Shown here in pieces: positions 1-9,757 of a DNA stretch of 64,000 nucleotides. The notes under the pieces are model-generated. The model was not told the origin of the DNA, made no database searches, and saw only the letters and a list, made by a program, of their open reading frames with translations. The position numbers and the translations under genes were made by a program. Source of the DNA: Nitrospirota bacterium (GTDB lineage: Bacteria; Nitrospirota; UBA9217). Every line of letters begins with the position of its first letter. Position 1 is the stretch's first letter. The stretch spans positions 544,001 through 608,000 of the forward strand of contig CAWIYV010000011.1 of the NCBI GenBank assembly GCA_963840455.1, written 5' to 3'.

Positions 1-140
1 TTGACACGGACAAGGGCGGATCTTACATATGAAGAAGCATGATCAAAACTTTGCCCTATCAGCTCTTTTTTCAGGGTTCTGATCGGCCTCGATCAGCATC
101 AAAGATCTTCTTTAAAGTGGCTATGTACGGAGGTCATACT

Positions 141-1325
141 ATGAGCCGGCTGCTGAAAAATAGATACGAGATCATCGGCCTCCTCGGTACGGGCGGGATG
201 GGCTCTGTCTACAAGGTCGCTGACCGGGACTGGAAAGGCAGGATCCTGGCTGCCAAGGAGCTCCGTTCCGACGGGCTTTCTCTGGTGAAGGCGCAGGAGG
301 CCCTCACCCAGTTCCAGACCGAAGCAAGGATCCTGGCGCGGCTCACGCACCCGAACCTTCCCAAGGTCTACGACTACTTCAGCTTGCCGGGAAGGCATTA
401 CATCATCATGGAATACGTGAAGGGAAAGACGCTGGAAGCGTTGCTTCGCAGCCGCAAGGGGCAGCCCGTGGATGAACGACTGGCCCTGTCCTGGGCGCTC
501 CAGATCTGCCGGGCCATGCAGTTCCTGAGCGTCCAGAAGCCGCCCGTCGTGTTCCGCGACCTCAAGCCCTCAAACATCATGATCGAACCGGACGGCAAGG
601 TCAAGTTGATCGATTTCGGCATCGCCCGGTTCTTCAAGGAGGATAAGCGGGAGGACACTTATGTGTACGGCACGCCGGGGTATGCTGCGCCCGAGCAGTA
701 CGGCACAGGCCAGACCAATGTGCGCTCCGACATCTTCTCCCTTGGCGCCACGCTCCACCACTGCCTTACTGGAAGGGATCCCTCGGAAAGCCCTCTCGAG
801 TTTCCTGATGCTCGGTCGCTGAACCCAAATTTGAACAAGGGAACCTCCCGGATCCTCACGAAGGCGCTCGACCTGGAGATGGGCAGGCGGTACAAAACAC
901 CCCTCGATATGAAACGGGCGCTCCAGAGCGTGCTCCGGAACATCGAGATATTGCCGCGGGGTGTTGACAACGTCATCCATGCCGAGCCGGGAAAGCCCAT
1001 CACGTTGCCGTGGTGGAAGAAGACCAGTTGGGTGAGCGTGCCGGTGATGGCACTCGGATGCAGCGGTACAACGGGTACGCTGTCGTCCGATGACCGTTGG
1101 CTCCATCCCAGGCCCAAGGCCTTCAGCCACGGTTCGTCGCAGCTTCTGTTCCGCGTCGACGGGGCAAAGCTCAGGATGGGAAGGGAGTACCACCCGCGGA
1201 TCACCGTGTGCACCGATGCCGGCATTCTCCGGCCGCAGTTGTCCTTCAAGCGGCCATGGCCATGGATGCTGATCGAAGCGGCGATCATTGCGGCGGCTCT
1301 AGCAGGGTTGTTCATGATAAGGTAA
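141..1325 (+). CDS. Hanks-type Ser/Thr protein kinase with C-terminal membrane anchor
   Basis: LGTGGMGSVY Gly-loop, AAKE Lys, FRDLKPSN, DFG, GTPGYAAPE; hydrophobic C-terminus. GGAGG RBS precedes ATG 141 (ORF track starts at 39). Confidence 0.93.
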   Translation: MSRLLKNRYEIIGLLGTGGMGSVYKVADRDWKGRILAAKELRSDGLSLVKAQEALTQFQTEARILARLTHPNLPKVYDYFSLPGRHYIIMEYVKGKTLEALLRSRKGQPVDERLALSWALQICRAMQFLSVQKPPVVFRDLKPSNIMIEPDGKVKLIDFGIARFFKEDKREDTYVYGTPGYAAPEQYGTGQTNVRSDIFSLGATLHHCLTGRDPSESPLEFPDARSLNPNLNKGTSRILTKALDLEMGRRYKTPLDMKRALQSVLRNIEILPRGVDNVIHAEPGKPITLPWWKKTSWVSVPVMALGCSGTTGTLSSDDRWLHPRPKAFSHGSSQLLFRVDGAKLRMGREYHPRITVCTDAGILRPQLSFKRPWPWMLIEAAIIAAALAGLFMIR

Positions 1326-1481
1326 GGAAAAGACTCACTGACGAGAAGATTCCGCTTGTTGCGCAAACCTTCTCGTATAGGGAACATCATCATTAGCACT
1401 ATTTAACAGCCTGTTCGTGCTTCTCCTCCCATTGCGCCAAGCAACAGGGATAACAACTTCCCCCATATATCCGAAAAGTTT

Positions 1482-1629
1482 TGCAGATTGCTGAAAGAGT
1501 CCAGGATTGTCATTGCGAGGAGCGATTTGTGCGACGAAGCAATCTCTAAGCACCTGATATGTTTAACTGCAAGATTGCTTCGCTACGCTCGCAAAGACAG
1601 TAAATAAGTCTTTTTCAATGACCTGTTAA
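1482..1629. mobile_element. MITE-like element with degenerate terminal inverted repeats enclosing an RPE/REP-like palindrome (1509-1598)
   Basis: Ends GCAGATTGCTGAAAGAGTC and GTCTTTTTCAATGACCTGTT are imperfectly complementary. Internal GTCATTGCGAGGAGCG..CGAAGCAATCT...AGATTGCTTCGCTACGCTCGCAAAGAC is a long imperfect inverted repeat. Confidence 0.6.
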
Positions 1630-1787
1630 ATCCGCACCATGATCTCCTGCACTGATCCTGTACGATGACCTGTAATGACCTCCCAGAACCAATAAGCCCG
1701 CACTGAAGGGTATCTTCACCTCTCTAGATATAAATATACAATAAATACAATATGTTATATGCTTGTCTAGCAAAAAACAAATTAAAC

Positions 1788-1816
1788 TTGACAAAACTAT
1801 TAAAATTAGTTAAGCT
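1788..1816 (+). promoter_or_regulatory. sigma70-type promoter for the TolB-like gene
   Basis: TTGACA-17 bp-TAAGCT, followed by AAGGAGG RBS and ATG 1850. Confidence 0.65.
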
Positions 1817-1849
1817 ATTTACCATAGAACTACAAAGGAGGGACCTGAT

Positions 1850-2572
1850 ATGAAAGATCGACTGATCGCGCTATTTGCCGCCCTGTTTACTGCATTTATC
1901 GCCCTGATTCTTGGAGGGTCATTGCTCGGCTTCGCCTATGGAGATCCCGGCGCCATCGGTGGCGGATATCCAGCAACGAATCAGCCCGTCATCAATGAAA
2001 AGACCGGCGAGCTGGGAACAGACATCTTCAGACTGGTCGGCGATGGCCAGGCCCCCGTACTTTCGGAGGATGGAACACAGATCGCCTACTACGACGACAA
2101 CTATCAGATCTGGACAGTGCAGGTAAACGGCAGCGGGCGTACGAAGCTTACCTCAGGGTACTTCGATCTGTACCCTTCCTGGTCGCCGGACGGAAAGAGG
2201 ATCGCCTTTCGTCGCAGCACCATGATCGAAGGCAGCAGTCACAGCGACATCTGGATCATGAACAGTGATGGCTCCGATCAGATGCCGTTGACCGATGCCC
2301 TGAGTACGCAAGGGGCCTATGACCGACCTGCATGGTCGCCCGATGGAACGAAGATCGCCATGGAGGCTGCTGTCGACGGAATGATGAGCGAGATCTATAT
2401 CATCGACGTCAACACGAAAGTGCTCTTTAACGTGACCGCCGGGAACAGCCGGGACAGCAATAGGATCAACCACCAGTCCCCCTCATGGCTTGCGGATGGC
2501 GAGCAGATCGCTCTTATCCGGAACGATGACTTTGCCATCATAAGGACTGACGGCACGGGACTGAAACAGTGA
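1850..2572 (+). CDS. Exported TolB-like (PD40 repeat) beta-propeller protein
   Basis: N-terminal signal/TM segment; repeated P(S/A)WSPDG(K/T)xIA motifs. Confidence 0.85.
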   Translation: MKDRLIALFAALFTAFIALILGGSLLGFAYGDPGAIGGGYPATNQPVINEKTGELGTDIFRLVGDGQAPVLSEDGTQIAYYDDNYQIWTVQVNGSGRTKLTSGYFDLYPSWSPDGKRIAFRRSTMIEGSSHSDIWIMNSDGSDQMPLTDALSTQGAYDRPAWSPDGTKIAMEAAVDGMMSEIYIIDVNTKVLFNVTAGNSRDSNRINHQSPSWLADGEQIALIRNDDFAIIRTDGTGLKQ

Positions 2573-2644
2573 ATCGGAGGGAAGAACGTCAGGCGCGCGG
2601 AACTGGCAGAGAATACCGTCCTAGGTATTATGGTGTAAATTCAC

Positions 2645-2686
2645 TAACCGTTATGATATAATGGCGTTACTTGAGTAACCGTTATG
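2645..2686 (+). promoter_or_regulatory. Extended -10 promoter flanked by two TAACCGTTATG repeats (putative operator) upstream of the pilin
   Basis: TAACCGTTATG at 2645 and 2676; TGnTATAAT at 2654-2662. Confidence 0.55.
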
Positions 2687-2696
2687 CGGTAAGATT

Positions 2697-2900
2697 ATGA
2701 TGAAGAACATGAAGGGCTTTACGCTTATCGAACTCCTGATTGTGGTGGCCATCATCGCCGTTCTGGCGGCAGTTGCCATCCCGCAGTTCGCGTCATATCG
2801 TGTGAAGGCCTACAACGCAGCGGCCCAAACCGATCTCAGAAATTTCAAGGCTCAGATGGAATCCGTAATGGTTGAACGGATGGTCTATCCTACCTTTTAA
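2697..2900 (+). CDS. pilA: Short type IVa pilin (Geobacter PilA-N-like, 60-aa mature protein)
   Basis: Prepilin site KG|FTLIELLIVVAIIAVLAAVAIPQF with E5; continues YRVKAYNxAAxxDLRN as in short Geobacter pilins. Confidence 0.88.
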   Translation: MMKNMKGFTLIELLIVVAIIAVLAAVAIPQFASYRVKAYNAAAQTDLRNFKAQMESVMVERMVYPTF

Positions 2901-3089
2901 CAAACCAAAACAACCTTAACGCGGACCTGGCCATTGCTGGTCATTGATGCTGGTTTAATCGTGGTGCTGTCGCGGTAATGCTGATGGTGAAGTAGAGCAG
3001 GTGGAGACACTGAGGGATTCACCTACAATCTGAAACGGTGACGGTCAATGGGAAATGCAGAATATCAGTTGAAACATGCACATAACGAA

Positions 3090-3121
3090 AATCCAGCGGG
3101 GATATTGATCCCCGCTGGATT
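3090..3121. terminator. Perfect 14-bp hairpin between the convergent pilin and lipoprotein genes (likely bidirectional terminator)
   Basis: AATCCAGCGGGGAT-attg-ATCCCCGCTGGATT. Confidence 0.75.
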
Positions 3122-3229
3122 GATTTGAGCAATAGGCTCCTAAATGGTTGTCATTGTTTTATGGCATCACAATTATTGCACTATGAAGTCTCGCTGCAAT
3201 AACCTTATGCCCTGCTGCAACACTGCAGT

Positions 3230-4348
3230 TTAATCTTCGGTGTTCTTTTCCTTCTTGTGATCAATCGGCTCTGTACACTCATATTCAACTTCTACCCTGG
3301 CTGCAAGGAAGTTGGTGCTTGCGCTATCATATCCGTACAGCTTGACCTCAATCCATGCGTCGTTGGCAAGAGTTCCCTTGACAACTGCCTTGCTGAAGTC
3401 AACAGTCATCGTTTTTCCCTTTTTGTAGGTGAGGGTTAAGGTATGGTTCGTTGTCGTATAATTTGAAACCAATCCCTCCACTTTCACAAAGATCTCGGAT
3501 GCCTCGATAGTCTTGTTAGCATAATCGATGGTCGAGGTCGTAACCAGTGTTCTCAAGCCATCCTGCTGAGCACGTTGGAGAAGATCGTCAAGAGCCGGTT
3601 GCTGAGACGATGTGATGCCCGAATACAACACCGTGAACGAACGAGGATGCCTCGAAAGGGTGAATGCATCGGTTGATGTGGTCAGATTCACGACGAGGCC
3701 GGTAATTGCCTCGTGACGGTAAAGGCGCTCGAACTCATTTCCGTGGATAGGCGACACTTTCATGGTTACAGAGCACGACGGGGTGCCGAAGTTATCGACA
3801 TCAAAATCTTTCAGCCTGAAATCGAGCGCAACTTTGTTGTAGTGGTTTACCAGCACGTTGACTGCGCCGTTGATGTCCAGTGAGCAAGAGTCTCCGTTGC
3901 AATACAGCCTGTTCACATGGTTGGCTTCGTCCTTATAGGATGTGAAGGAGCAAGTCGACTTGGTCACGGCACTGTCCATGAGTTCAACGGACTTGTCAAA
4001 TTCGATATGCAGCCTGTTGTAAGGCACTGCAGGGCATTCGGCAATGCTCAAAAGCTGCAACACATTAGATAGATTAGCAATGTCGATCTTCAGCGGCGTC
4101 GATGGCGTCGTCATTGTCGTCAATACGTCACAAGTTGCGGTGCTGCCTGTATTCAGGACGGTCACCTTGTTGATGGTCACGATCACCTGCTTATAATCCG
4201 ACATGTTATCGGTGGCGTAGAGAGCCACCGTGCCGGTCGAAGCTCCTCCCCCGCTGTTCCCGCCGCTGCAGGAGTTGAACACGGTGACCGCTATAATGAG
4301 CAGTACTGTTCCCGCAATGACACTGATAAATGCATTTCTTTTACTCAT
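3230..4348 (-). CDS. Lipoprotein with DUF4382-like N-terminal domain and DUF5666-like OB repeats
   Basis: Lipobox-like FNSC then a Gly/Ser linker; GTVALYATD...VxVTIxKV and LDF motifs; C-terminal VKVEG/IEVK...AARVEV repeats; AGGAGG RBS. Confidence 0.7.
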   Translation of the reverse strand: MSKRNAFISVIAGTVLLIIAVTVFNSCSGGNSGGGASTGTVALYATDNMSDYKQVIVTINKVTVLNTGSTATCDVLTTMTTPSTPLKIDIANLSNVLQLLSIAECPAVPYNRLHIEFDKSVELMDSAVTKSTCSFTSYKDEANHVNRLYCNGDSCSLDINGAVNVLVNHYNKVALDFRLKDFDVDNFGTPSCSVTMKVSPIHGNEFERLYRHEAITGLVVNLTTSTDAFTLSRHPRSFTVLYSGITSSQQPALDDLLQRAQQDGLRTLVTTSTIDYANKTIEASEIFVKVEGLVSNYTTTNHTLTLTYKKGKTMTVDFSKAVVKGTLANDAWIEVKLYGYDSASTNFLAARVEVEYECTEPIDHKKEKNTED

Positions 4349-4469
4349 GACGCACCTCCTCCTTTTCTCGTCAGATGTTACGGCAGCGTTTGCTTGGCAT
4401 CTTCATGATGTGTAATTCTGCGGTAGTAATATAATATATTTTATTATACCACTGAAAATGGCGCCCTTG

Positions 4470-4498
4470 TGTAACGGCCCCGGTTTTCTTGGACACGG
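4470..4498. mobile_element. Possible solo IS3-family terminal inverted repeat
   Basis: TGTAACGGCCCCGGTTTTCTTGGACACGG resembles IS3-family ends (TG..C(G/C)CCCC..GGACAC); no adjacent transposase. Confidence 0.4.
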
Positions 4499-4660
4499 AT
4501 CTGTGGTAAATCATATGTCCGAGTTGAAGTATTTCAGAAAAATGAGAAGACGGGTAATTGAGGGGATGACGAATTACGACTAAATGAGACATTGAATATT
4601 ACAAAGAATTGAAACAACAACAGTTACAGGAAGTTGCTCGCTCGTCGTCAGACGCTACTG

Positions 4661-6007
<1,347 letters not shown>

Positions 6008-6144
6008 ATCGACATTGTATCACAAGACAGGGGAAATGATGATACCGAAGAGATCGGCCGACCATGCCCTCATTGAAGTTCCCTGAAGCAAGCTGCTAGG
6101 AATACCTCGCTCCTGGATTCAGGGGTACGACGCATGCTTTGACC

Positions 6145-6173
6145 TTGACCTTTCCCCGGGAGTGTCTTATCAT
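6145..6173 (+). promoter_or_regulatory. sigma70-type promoter for the FHA-PP2C operon
   Basis: TTGACC-17 bp-TATCAT, 38 nt upstream of ATG 6212. Confidence 0.55.
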
Positions 6174-6211
6174 ATTTTCCATCTGACCTTGGAACGCGGA
6201 GGGAACGACCG

Positions 6212-6610
6212 ATGGGACCTGCGGCAGGAGACGACAAGACCCGGATAAGTACTCCATCAGTATCAAAACAGAAGATCCCGGCGCGGTACCAGGCTTCCGT
6301 AGTGATCGTGCAGGGATACGCCGAGGGCATGGAATATTCCGTCGACAGAACGTACGCCGTGATCGGCAGGAACAAGGACGCTGCGGTCCCGCTAAGGGAC
6401 CCCCTCGCCTCGCGTGAGCACGCTGTCATCGTGTTCCATGACGGCGTTTTCGTCCTGAAGGACCTGGAGAGCACCAACGGCACGCACATGCGGGGCGCGT
6501 CCATCAGGCAGCGGAAACTGCGCCACGGCGACAAGTTCCGCGTGGGAGACACGGTCCTCCAGTTCATCCTCCAGGACAGCGGCAGGGCCAGGACCTACGA
6601 GATCGCGTAG
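6212..6610 (+). CDS. FHA domain protein
   Basis: IGR, ASREH, DLESTNGT, LRHGD FHA motifs; N-terminal tail DDKTRI offers a candidate phospho-Thr. Confidence 0.92.
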   Translation: MGPAAGDDKTRISTPSVSKQKIPARYQASVVIVQGYAEGMEYSVDRTYAVIGRNKDAAVPLRDPLASREHAVIVFHDGVFVLKDLESTNGTHMRGASIRQRKLRHGDKFRVGDTVLQFILQDSGRARTYEIA

Positions 6611-7372
6611 ATGAAGCTCATTACCTTCGGTGCGACCGACCCCGGAAGGAAGCGGGCCAACAACGAAGACGCCTATCTCCTTGATGACCGGCTGCGCCTG
6701 TACGCCGTTGCCGATGGGGTGGGCGGCGTCGAAGGCGGCGAGGTCGCGAGCCGGATCGCCGTGGAAACGCTAGGGGAGGCGATGCCGGACCTGCTCGGCG
6801 ACAGGGACCGCACCCCGCCCGCCGGACGCTCTTCCGGCGAGGGGACGGAATTGACTGCGTTGCGCTCGGCGGTCTCCTTCGCCCACCGAACCATTCGCGC
6901 CGCAGTCGGGAAGGCGCCCGGTCTTGCCGACATGGGTACAACGCTCACGGCGCTACTGCTGGCGAATAAACGAGCGTACCTGGTCCATATCGGGGACAGC
7001 CGGGCCTATCTCCTCCGTGCCGGCGAACTCACCCAAATAACGAACGACCACTCCGTCGTTGCGGAGCAGGTACGTGCGGGACGTCTCACGGCCGGAGAAG
7101 CGAAGACCAGCCCCTACCGCCACGTGATCACCCGGGCGCTCGGCATCGCCGAGGATGCCGCCCCCGACCTTGCGGAGCGGCCGATACAGAAGAACGACAC
7201 GTTCCTGCTGTGCTCCGACGGCCTGACCGAGATGGTGGATGACGCCGGTATCAGGACGATCCTCTCCGGATTCCCTACCCGGGATGCAGTGAAAAAGCTG
7301 ATCGACGCGGCGAACGGCAGGGGCGGCGTGGACAATATCACCGCTGTCGTGGTGCAGGTGCTGGAGATCTAG
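6611..7372 (+). CDS. PP2C-family Ser/Thr phosphatase (Stp1/PrpC type)
   Basis: GRKRANNED, VADGVGG, MGTT, HIGDSRAY, LCSDGL, GGVDNIT; abuts the FHA gene. Confidence 0.95.
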   Translation: MKLITFGATDPGRKRANNEDAYLLDDRLRLYAVADGVGGVEGGEVASRIAVETLGEAMPDLLGDRDRTPPAGRSSGEGTELTALRSAVSFAHRTIRAAVGKAPGLADMGTTLTALLLANKRAYLVHIGDSRAYLLRAGELTQITNDHSVVAEQVRAGRLTAGEAKTSPYRHVITRALGIAEDAAPDLAERPIQKNDTFLLCSDGLTEMVDDAGIRTILSGFPTRDAVKKLIDAANGRGGVDNITAVVVQVLEI

Positions 7373-7454
7373 CTGCACAGAACAACGCCTCGTGGAAGCA
7401 CGGGTCCCGGCACCGTTGGGATGCACAGATCAGAGAAGAGCTCTACATACGTTG

Positions 7455-7537
7455 ACCACGGAGGCCACCGAGGACCCAGAGGAACGCGAAACACCTCTCG
7501 TCCGGGCTTTTTTCGGTGAGCTCTGTTATCTCAGCGG
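7455..7537. repeat. Degenerate intergenic palindromic element with about 9-nt periodic arms
   Basis: CCACGGAG/CCACCGAG/ACCCAGAG left arm; TTCGGTG/CTCTGTT/CTCAGCGG right arm. Confidence 0.45.
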
Positions 7538-7649
7538 AAAAGATTCGCTTTTGTATCAAGGAATCATCGTTCTTATTCGTGTTCCCGCGCACCTGCGGGA
7601 CCGTGGTTAAGAGGCAGTGGTCCGGGCATCTCCCGATCAGGATGGCAGT

Positions 7650-8957
7650 ATGGCGATCCAGCAGCTCAAGGATGAATACGAGATCCAGGACGAGATCGGC
7701 TCAGGCGGCATGGCCACGGTGTACAAGGCTGTCCAGAAGTCCCTCGCCCGTCCGGTGGCGATCAAGCAGCTGAAGCGGTCCTACCACGCCGACGAGCAGA
7801 TCGTCCGGCGCTTCGAGCGCGAGAGCAGGGTGGCCGCCTCGCTCCAGCACGAGAACATCGTCCACATCTACGACTACTGGAAAAAGCCGACGTACGCCAT
7901 CGTGATGGAGTACGTTGATGGCGCCAACCTTGCCGACGTCATCGAGAAGACCGGCGCCCTGCCCGTTGACGTGGGCGTCATGATCTCCATCCAAGTGTGC
8001 AGCGCCCTGGAGTACGCCCACATGCGCGGACTCGTCCACCGCGATATCAAGCCGAGCAACATCATGATCAAACGGAACGGCGAGGTCAAACTCATGGACT
8101 TCGGCATCGCCCACACCCGGCACCTTGACGCCCTCACCCTGCCCGGCACGCTCATCGGGACGCCGGCCTACATGTCACCTGAACAGATCCTCGGCCATCA
8201 GCTCGATGTCAGGTCTGACATCTTTTCTCTCGGCATCGTGTTGTACGAGATGTTCACCGGGGTCAAGCCTTTTGCCGACGACGAGAAGCGGCCGGTAACG
8301 GCAAAGATCGTGCATGATGACTTCCTCGCCCCCCGCCGCGTGAATGGAGACCTCCCCCGGCGGCTGCAGTGGCTCATCAAGAAGTGCCTCCGGAAGAAGC
8401 CGAAGCGGCGCTATGCTTCCATGCTGGAGGTCGAGCGCAAACTGGGAAAGCGGCTCGCGGGCAGAACGACGAAGGCTGCCTCGCTCCAGCGGATCTCGGA
8501 CTGCCTCGTCTCGCGCAAGGTCTTTGAGGCAGCGCCGGAACAGGATACGATGATTGTCCCGCCGGAAGCGAAGTTGTCTGGACGGCTCAAGGCGTCGATC
8601 GCGGCTGTTACAGCGCTCATCGTCCTGGCAGTAGGAGTAGGGCTCTACTATCAGCGGATGCGGACAGACCAGGCAACGGTACGGCCTCCTGCTGCGCCGG
8701 CCACTCTGCCGTCAGCTGCCGGGCCGCCCCTGTCACGGCCCGTGGAGACCGCTCCGGCCCGCCTGCCAGCGCCGCTGGGTCAGGCTACCGGGACAGCGGG
8801 TACCCTCAGCCAACCGGCCCCGTCAACTCCTCCCTTGTCGGTCGAGCAGAGGAAAGAACCGACCGTCGAAAAAAAGACAGCCACGACCAAAAAGAAGAAG
8901 AAAAAGAAAGCGCCTCCCGCAACGACCAGCATGATAACCCCGCCCCCTTTAGCATGA
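7650..8957 (+). CDS. Membrane Ser/Thr protein kinase (PknB-like catalytic domain, TM, Pro-rich and poly-Lys tail)
   Basis: IGSGGMATVY, VAIK, HRDIKPSN, DFGIA, GTPAYMSPE; TM IAAVTALIVLAVGVGLYY. Confidence 0.93.
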   Translation: MAIQQLKDEYEIQDEIGSGGMATVYKAVQKSLARPVAIKQLKRSYHADEQIVRRFERESRVAASLQHENIVHIYDYWKKPTYAIVMEYVDGANLADVIEKTGALPVDVGVMISIQVCSALEYAHMRGLVHRDIKPSNIMIKRNGEVKLMDFGIAHTRHLDALTLPGTLIGTPAYMSPEQILGHQLDVRSDIFSLGIVLYEMFTGVKPFADDEKRPVTAKIVHDDFLAPRRVNGDLPRRLQWLIKKCLRKKPKRRYASMLEVERKLGKRLAGRTTKAASLQRISDCLVSRKVFEAAPEQDTMIVPPEAKLSGRLKASIAAVTALIVLAVGVGLYYQRMRTDQATVRPPAAPATLPSAAGPPLSRPVETAPARLPAPLGQATGTAGTLSQPAPSTPPLSVEQRKEPTVEKKTATTKKKKKKKAPPATTSMITPPPLA

Positions 8958-9055
8958 AGAGGGCACTGTTCCTGATTCACACCCGGAATGCAAACTGCGC
9001 CTTCGTCTTTTCGAAGACTCCCCTGCCGGCACAGCGCTCATCGCTGGTACAGGAC

Positions 9056-9089
9056 AAAAAAAAGCGTCAACCCAGTCGGGCTGACGCCG
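9056..9089 (-). terminator. Intrinsic terminator
   Basis: Minus strand GGCGTCAGCCC-gact-GGGTTGACGC followed by a T-run. Confidence 0.7.
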
Positions 9090-9320
9090 TTCCTGCTGCT
9101 CCCACTCCCGCTCGATCACTGCTCAGGCATCCGGAACCTTGCACACTTCTCGGGAGCTGGTCCGCGATGATCTGCCGGGGCAGGTACAGGGCTCCGTTCC
9201 CGCCACACCCCTTGTTCCGCACGACATCCACGGTTTAGCTGCTCATGAATATCGCCTAGACCTTCGGCCAGGACATCCTGATCCGGTCACCGACCGCCTT
9301 ACCGTTCATTGTCAGCACGG

Positions 9321-9707
9321 CTAGCGGTGGTCACGATGCACCGGCGCGACACCGCCGCCCGGCTCTATAAGCGAATTGTAGAATTCCTCCCATTCTTTCC
9401 GGTCGATCTTATTGTCCCTGTTCTTGTCCGCCTTGTTGAACAGATACGCCTTCAGCTCATCGTCCGAGAGCTTGCCGTCCCTGCCCGGTGCGAGGTCCTG
9501 TGGTTGAGCATAGGGAAGCGCCCGGACGTGCTCCAGCTTGTAGAACTCGCATGCCGAGAACTCGTCAAAGGTGATCTCGCGGTTGTTGTTCTTATCTAGA
9601 CGGCAGAACTCCTGCTCGGACGCGTTCTTCTTCTCCTCGGGAGGCGTGATCGCTCCCTGCAGGGCGAACGAAAGGGCGAGCATAAGGATGAGCATGTGGT
9701 AACGCAT
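9321..9707 (-). CDS. Secreted EF-hand domain protein
   Basis: Signal peptide; EF-hand loops DKNNNREITFDE, GRDGKLSDDE, DKNRDNKIDRKE. Confidence 0.8.
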   Translation of the reverse strand: MRYHMLILMLALSFALQGAITPPEEKKNASEQEFCRLDKNNNREITFDEFSACEFYKLEHVRALPYAQPQDLAPGRDGKLSDDELKAYLFNKADKNRDNKIDRKEWEEFYNSLIEPGGGVAPVHRDHR

Positions 9708-9757
9708 GAGTGACCTCCGCTTGGTGTGCCGTCTTCGGCAGGCTGCCGCTTCCGCTG

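Noticed and set aside
2580-4460. sigma54 (-24/-12) promoters for the pilin or lipoprotein as targets of the FHA activator
   Set aside because: No correctly spaced TGGCAC-N5-TTGC found by eye; near-matches such as 3162 have the wrong spacing or position.
8881-8910. A-rich tract as a phase-variable repeat
   Set aside because: It encodes in-frame poly-Lys with mixed AAA/AAG codons; the frame is intact.
8985-9050. GAAA-capped hairpin resembling a c-di-GMP-I riboswitch
   Set aside because: Lacks the conserved GCAAA/GACGCAAA elements and lies between convergent gene ends.
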